Assembly (NCBI GenBank): GCA_963777605.1
Contig: CAVZRV010000011.1
Coordinates: 288,001-352,000 of the forward strand
DNA from: an uncultured Acidobacteriota bacterium
Lineage (GTDB): Bacteria > Acidobacteriota > UBA6911 > RPQK01 > JAPXNP01
Reading direction: 5' to 3'
Length of the DNA: 64,000 nt
Below the pieces are notes generated by a model. That model was not told where the DNA came from and made no database searches. It was given only the letters and a program-made list of their open reading frames with translations. Made by a program: the position numbers and the translations under genes. How positions within the stretch are numbered: the first letter of the stretch is position 1; the number at the start of each line of letters is the position of its first letter. Positions 59,798 to 64,000 of this stretch are shown here, piece by piece.

Positions 59798-60814
59798 ATG
59801 AGCGATTCGCCTCAGTACGATGTGATCACTTACGGCCGGTCTTCGATTGACCTCTATTCCAACAACATCGGCGCGCCGTTCACGGAAATCCGGGAGTTCG
59901 GAGCTTTCGTGGGAGGATCACCGCTGAACATCGCCGTCGGCACGAGGCGACTCGGATTGAAGTCCGCCCTGCTGACCGGGGTGGGAGAGGACCAGGTCGG
60001 CAGGTTCGTCCTCAACTTCCTGGAAAAAGAAGGGGTCGGAACCCGCTACATCCCAAAGATCCGAGGGGCACGGACGAGCGCGGTCCTGCTCGGAATTGAA
60101 CCACCCGACCGGTTTCCTCTGGTTTACTACCGGGACAACTGTGCCGACTCCAAGGTGGGAATCGATGACGTGATGCGTGCCCCGATTGCGAAATCCCGTC
60201 TTTTCGAAGTCTCCGCGACGGCACTCAACGTGGAACCGTCCCGCTCGGCCGCGTTCTTTGGAGCGGAAGAAGCTACCCGTGCCGGGGTTCCGGTCCTGGT
60301 GGACCTCGACTTTCGGGCCGATCAATGGCACGACCCGCGGGCCTACGGGGTCGTCACGCGATCGTTCCTGCAATACTGCACGCTCGCCATCGGAACCGAA
60401 GAGGAAGTCCTGGCGACCATGCTCAAGGACCCCGCCCAGATCCGGATCACCCATCAGCAGATCTCCGCCCCCGAGATCCAGGGCGACATCGACGAATCGA
60501 TCGGTGAACTCCTCGGGGCGGGCCTCAAGGGCCTCATCGTCAAGAGAGGCGAAAAGGGTGCCTCGGTTTTTCTCGACGACGGCACCGTTCTGGATGTCCC
60601 CGGGTTTGCCGTGGAAGTCGTCAACGTCCTGGGGGCCGGGGACGCCTTCGCGAGCGGCTTGATTTTCGGCTATCTGGCGGGCTGGGATTGGTACAAAATA
60701 GTCCGGTTCGCGAATGCGTGCGGCGCCATTCTGGTCACTCGCCACGGATGCGCGAACTTCAACCCGACGCTGGCGGAGGTCGAGACCTTCATCGAAAGCA
60801 AAGGCGGGTTCTAG
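59798..60814 (+). CDS. iolC: 5-dehydro-2-deoxygluconokinase (PfkB)
   Basis: GRSSIDLY, GGSPLNIA, DLDFR, VLGAGDAF, RHGC. Confidence 0.92.
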   Translation: MSDSPQYDVITYGRSSIDLYSNNIGAPFTEIREFGAFVGGSPLNIAVGTRRLGLKSALLTGVGEDQVGRFVLNFLEKEGVGTRYIPKIRGARTSAVLLGIEPPDRFPLVYYRDNCADSKVGIDDVMRAPIAKSRLFEVSATALNVEPSRSAAFFGAEEATRAGVPVLVDLDFRADQWHDPRAYGVVTRSFLQYCTLAIGTEEEVLATMLKDPAQIRITHQQISAPEIQGDIDESIGELLGAGLKGLIVKRGEKGASVFLDDGTVLDVPGFAVEVVNVLGAGDAFASGLIFGYLAGWDWYKIVRFANACGAILVTRHGCANFNPTLAEVETFIESKGGF

Positions 60815-60852
60815 CGAGGTAACAGAAAACACAACCTTCGAGGAGTGTGAAG

Positions 60853-62787
60853 ATGGCAACGAGAAGATTGACTACCGCCCAGGCAATCGTTGAGTTCCTG
60901 CACCACCAGTACGTCGAATTTGACGGCAGAAAATCCAAGTTCGTGAAGGGCTTCTTCGTGCTCTTCGGTCACGGCAACGTGCTGGGACTCGGCCAGGCCC
61001 TGGAGGAAAACCCGGGCGACTTTCAGATCATTCCGGGCCGCAACGAGCAGGGGATGGCCCATGCGGCGATTGGGTTTGCCAAGCAGAAGTTGCGCAAGCA
61101 GATCTTCGCCTGCACGTCCTCAATCGGCCCCGGTGCGGCTAACATGGTTACGGCCGCCGCCACCGCGACCGTGAACCGGATCCCTATCCTGCTGTTCCCG
61201 GGCGACGCCTTCTCCGTCCGCCAGCCTGACCCGGTACTCCAGCAGATCGAACAGCCCCACGACTACTCGATCACCACCAACGATGCCTTCCGGGCGGTCA
61301 GCCGATACTGGGACCGCATCTATCGGCCCGAGCAGGTGATGACGGCCATGATCCAAGCGATGCGCGTGCTGACGAACCCCGCGGACACGGGTGCGGTCAC
61401 CATCTGCCTGCCCCAGGACGTCCAGGGGGAGGCCTACGAATTCCCCGAGTACTTCTTCGAAGAGCGGGTTCACCGGATTGAACGGACGCCGCCGACCGAA
61501 GAGATGATCCAGGATGCCGCCCGTGAGGTCGAACGCTCGAAGAAGCCCCTGCTGATTTGTGGGGGCGGAGTTCGCTACTCCGAGTGCGGAGAGGCCCTGG
61601 CGAAATTCGCCGAGGACTTCAACATCCCGATCGGAGAGACGCAGGCCGGCAAGAGCGCGATTTCCGCGGATCATCCGCTTAACCTTGGTGGCATTGGAAC
61701 GACCGGAAACCTGGCGGCGAACCGGATTGCCAGGGAGGCGGATGTCGTGATCGGGGTCGGCACCCGGTTCACCGACTTCACGACCGCTTCGAAGTGGCTC
61801 TTCCAGAATCCCGGCGTCCGATTCGTGACCATCAACGTCTCCTCTTTCGACGCCCACAAACTCGATGCCGTCCGGGTGACCGCCGATGCCGGCTGCGCTC
61901 TGAATCATCTCGCCGCGGCGCTCGAAGAGGAGGGTTACCAATCCGGGTACGGGAACGAAATCGCGGATGCCCGTAATGCCTGGACCGAGGAGTGGAATCG
62001 GCTTCACTCACTGTCCTTCACCGGGAGCGGTTTCGTGCCCGAAGTCCCGGGTGACCTGGACGAAGTCCTCCCGGAATATTCCGAGGCATTGCGAACCGCC
62101 CTCACCCAGACCCGGGTCCTCGCCGAACTGAACCTCCTTCTCGATGACTCGTCGATCGCAGTCGGCTCGTCGGGAAGCCTGCCGGGCTGCATGCAGAGGA
62201 TGTGGAACGCGCGAAGACCCAACACCTACAACATGGAGTATGGGTTCTCCTGCATGGGATACGAGATTTGCGGAGCACTGGGTGCCAAGTTGGCCGAGCC
62301 GGACCGGGAGGTTTACGCCTTCGTCGGCGATGGTTCGTACATGATGCTCCACTCGGAGCTGATCACATCGATCCAGGAGAACCACAAGATCAACATTCTC
62401 CTGTTCGACAACAACGGTTTCGGCTGCATCAACAACCTTCAGATGGGAATGGGGATGGGGAGCTTCGGTTCGGAATTCCGTTTTCGCAATTCTGCCAGCG
62501 GAAAGACGGACGGCAACCTGATTCCGATCGATTTTGCCCAGAGCGCCGCAGCCTATGGAGCCAAGACCTACAGTGTCCGGACCATCGAGGAACTCCGCGC
62601 TGCGATCGAAGATGCTCGCAGGCAGAAGGTTTCCACTCTGCTCGACATCAAGGTGCTGCCCAAGACAATGACCAACGGGTATGAATCGTGGTGGCGCTGC
62701 GGGGTGGCCCAAACGGCCGAGAAAGAGTCCGTCCAAGCCGCCGGCAGGGAGATGGCCGAAGAGATCCAGAAAGTTCGACAGTACTGA
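60853..62787 (+). CDS. iolD: 3D-(3,5/4)-trihydroxycyclohexane-1,2-dione acylhydrolase
   Basis: [43 protein letters not shown] ThDP motif. Confidence 0.95.
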   Translation: MATRRLTTAQAIVEFLHHQYVEFDGRKSKFVKGFFVLFGHGNVLGLGQALEENPGDFQIIPGRNEQGMAHAAIGFAKQKLRKQIFACTSSIGPGAANMVTAAATATVNRIPILLFPGDAFSVRQPDPVLQQIEQPHDYSITTNDAFRAVSRYWDRIYRPEQVMTAMIQAMRVLTNPADTGAVTICLPQDVQGEAYEFPEYFFEERVHRIERTPPTEEMIQDAAREVERSKKPLLICGGGVRYSECGEALAKFAEDFNIPIGETQAGKSAISADHPLNLGGIGTTGNLAANRIAREADVVIGVGTRFTDFTTASKWLFQNPGVRFVTINVSSFDAHKLDAVRVTADAGCALNHLAAALEEEGYQSGYGNEIADARNAWTEEWNRLHSLSFTGSGFVPEVPGDLDEVLPEYSEALRTALTQTRVLAELNLLLDDSSIAVGSSGSLPGCMQRMWNARRPNTYNMEYGFSCMGYEICGALGAKLAEPDREVYAFVGDGSYMMLHSELITSIQENHKINILLFDNNGFGCINNLQMGMGMGSFGSEFRFRNSASGKTDGNLIPIDFAQSAAAYGAKTYSVRTIEELRAAIEDARRQKVSTLLDIKVLPKTMTNGYESWWRCGVAQTAEKESVQAAGREMAEEIQKVRQY

Positions 62788-62795
62788 GGTGCACC

Positions 62796-63695
62796 ATGAT
62801 TAACGTTGCCAATGCGCCTTGTTCATGGGGAGTGTTGGAATTCGATCTCGAGGGCAAAACGGCCGGTTTTACCCAGGTTCTGGACGAAATGCGGGAGACC
62901 GGGTACACGGGTACCGAACTGGGAGACTGGGGATTCATGCCGACCGACCCGGACCGCCTTCGCAAGGAACTGGCCTCTCGCGACCTTGAACTTGCAGGCG
63001 CTTTTGTCCCGGTGGCATTCAGCCGGAAGGAGGCTCACCAGCCCGGCATGGAGACTGCTTTGGCCACCGCACGCCTGATGGCTTCCGCCGGGTACGGCGA
63101 GGCCTTCGTGGTTCTCGCCGACGACAACGGCAAGGCCCCGGAACGGACTCGCAACGCCGGACGGATTTCGCCGGAACTGGGGCTCGACAACCAGCGGTGG
63201 GAGACCTTTGCGACAGGTGTGGAACTGGTGGCTTCGCGGGTGAATCAGGAGACCGGTCTTCGATCGGTGTTCCATCACCACGCTGCCGGCTACGTCGAGA
63301 CGCCGGCGGAAATCGACCAGCTGCTGGCCCGCACCAGTGCCGACCTGGTCGGGCTCGTCCTCGACACTGGTCACCTTTCGTTGGGCGGAGGTGACCCCCT
63401 CGACTGCCTTCGCCGGTATTCCGACCGGATCTGGCACGTCCATTTCAAGGACTGCAGCGAAGAAGTTTTCCGGCGATCCCGAGCCGGCGACTGGGACTAT
63501 TTTCAGTCGGTTCAGGAGGGGATCTTCTGCGAACTGGGACAGGGACGGGTTGATTTTCGATCCGTCGTAGACGAACTGCGGGCCCAGAAGTACGAAGGAT
63601 GGATCGTCGTGGAACAGGATGTGTTGCCCGGCATGGGCTCACCGGAAGCCTGCGCCCGACGCAATCGGCAATATCTTCAAACGCTCGGACTCTAG
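62796..63695 (+). CDS. iolE: Inosose dehydratase-like TIM-barrel protein
   Basis: ANAPCSWG, GTELG, FHHH, DTGH, HVHFKD, WIVVEQD. Confidence 0.8.
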   Translation: MINVANAPCSWGVLEFDLEGKTAGFTQVLDEMRETGYTGTELGDWGFMPTDPDRLRKELASRDLELAGAFVPVAFSRKEAHQPGMETALATARLMASAGYGEAFVVLADDNGKAPERTRNAGRISPELGLDNQRWETFATGVELVASRVNQETGLRSVFHHHAAGYVETPAEIDQLLARTSADLVGLVLDTGHLSLGGGDPLDCLRRYSDRIWHVHFKDCSEEVFRRSRAGDWDYFQSVQEGIFCELGQGRVDFRSVVDELRAQKYEGWIVVEQDVLPGMGSPEACARRNRQYLQTLGL

Positions 63696-63709
63696 AGGTA
63701 GCGCACAAA

Positions 63710-64000
63710 ATGAGCAAGTTGACAGTGGGCGTTGCGGGTGCGGGAAGGATTGGAAAAGTACATGTGGGAACCCTCGTTCGGAACTTGCCCGAGGTGCATG
63801 TTGCGGCGATTACCGACCCGCGCGGGGAGGAGGCCCGGAAGGTTGCCGAACAGCACAGCATACCGGCGATCAAGAGGGATTTCGACGAACTCGTGCAGGA
63901 TCCCGAAATCGACGCGGTACTGATCTGTTCACCGACGGATACCCACGCCGACTACATCATCGCGGCGGCCCGGGCGGGAAAGAACATCTTCTGCGAGAAA
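63710..64000 (+). CDS. iolG: Inositol 2-dehydrogenase (partial, runs off the right end)
   Basis: Translated by hand: MSKLTVGVAGAGRIGKVH...IDAVLICSPTDTHA...GKNIFCEK. Confidence 0.88.
   Translation, partial: MSKLTVGVAGAGRIGKVHVGTLVRNLPEVHVAAITDPRGEEARKVAEQHSIPAIKRDFDELVQDPEIDAVLICSPTDTHADYIIAAARAGKNIFCEK

Overview
GC-rich bacterial chromosomal window. The gene content (CarboxypepD-type TonB receptor, TPR proteins, many Tat-signal enzymes, GH51/GH95/sulfatase) suggests Acidobacteriota, but this is inference. From left to right it holds: a PAS sensor gene broken by an in-frame TAA; a PaaK-like adenylating enzyme converging on tctCAB, with a divergent TonB-dependent receptor; a 1852-nt group II intron (10411-12262, minus); carbohydrate/sulfate/phosphate-ester enzymes; a probable AhpD/CMD-family selenoprotein with a partner gene and a hemerythrin; a MacAB-like ABC exporter; a POTRA-less Omp85 plus a kinase-like exported partner; a TolC/MFP/RND pump with purU; a scar of deletion-fused gene remnants and an orphan RHS core; fetAB; dgoD; a second RT remnant; GH95; a DEAD-box helicase; GH51; and a myo-inositol (iol) catabolic operon running off the right end. 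Best leads: (1) the intron appears to have non-canonical GC...AG ends with a compensatory gamma-gamma' change, and sits 4 nt from one arm of a REP-like inverted-repeat pair that its EBS1 matches; (2) a CxxU selenoprotein with an 11-nt-spaced SECIS-like hairpin; (3) Omp85 with a putative pseudokinase. Four separate +1 homopolymer frameshifts are probably sequencing errors. I saw no rRNA, tRNA or CRISPR array. All family calls come from motif recognition by eye; no searches were run.
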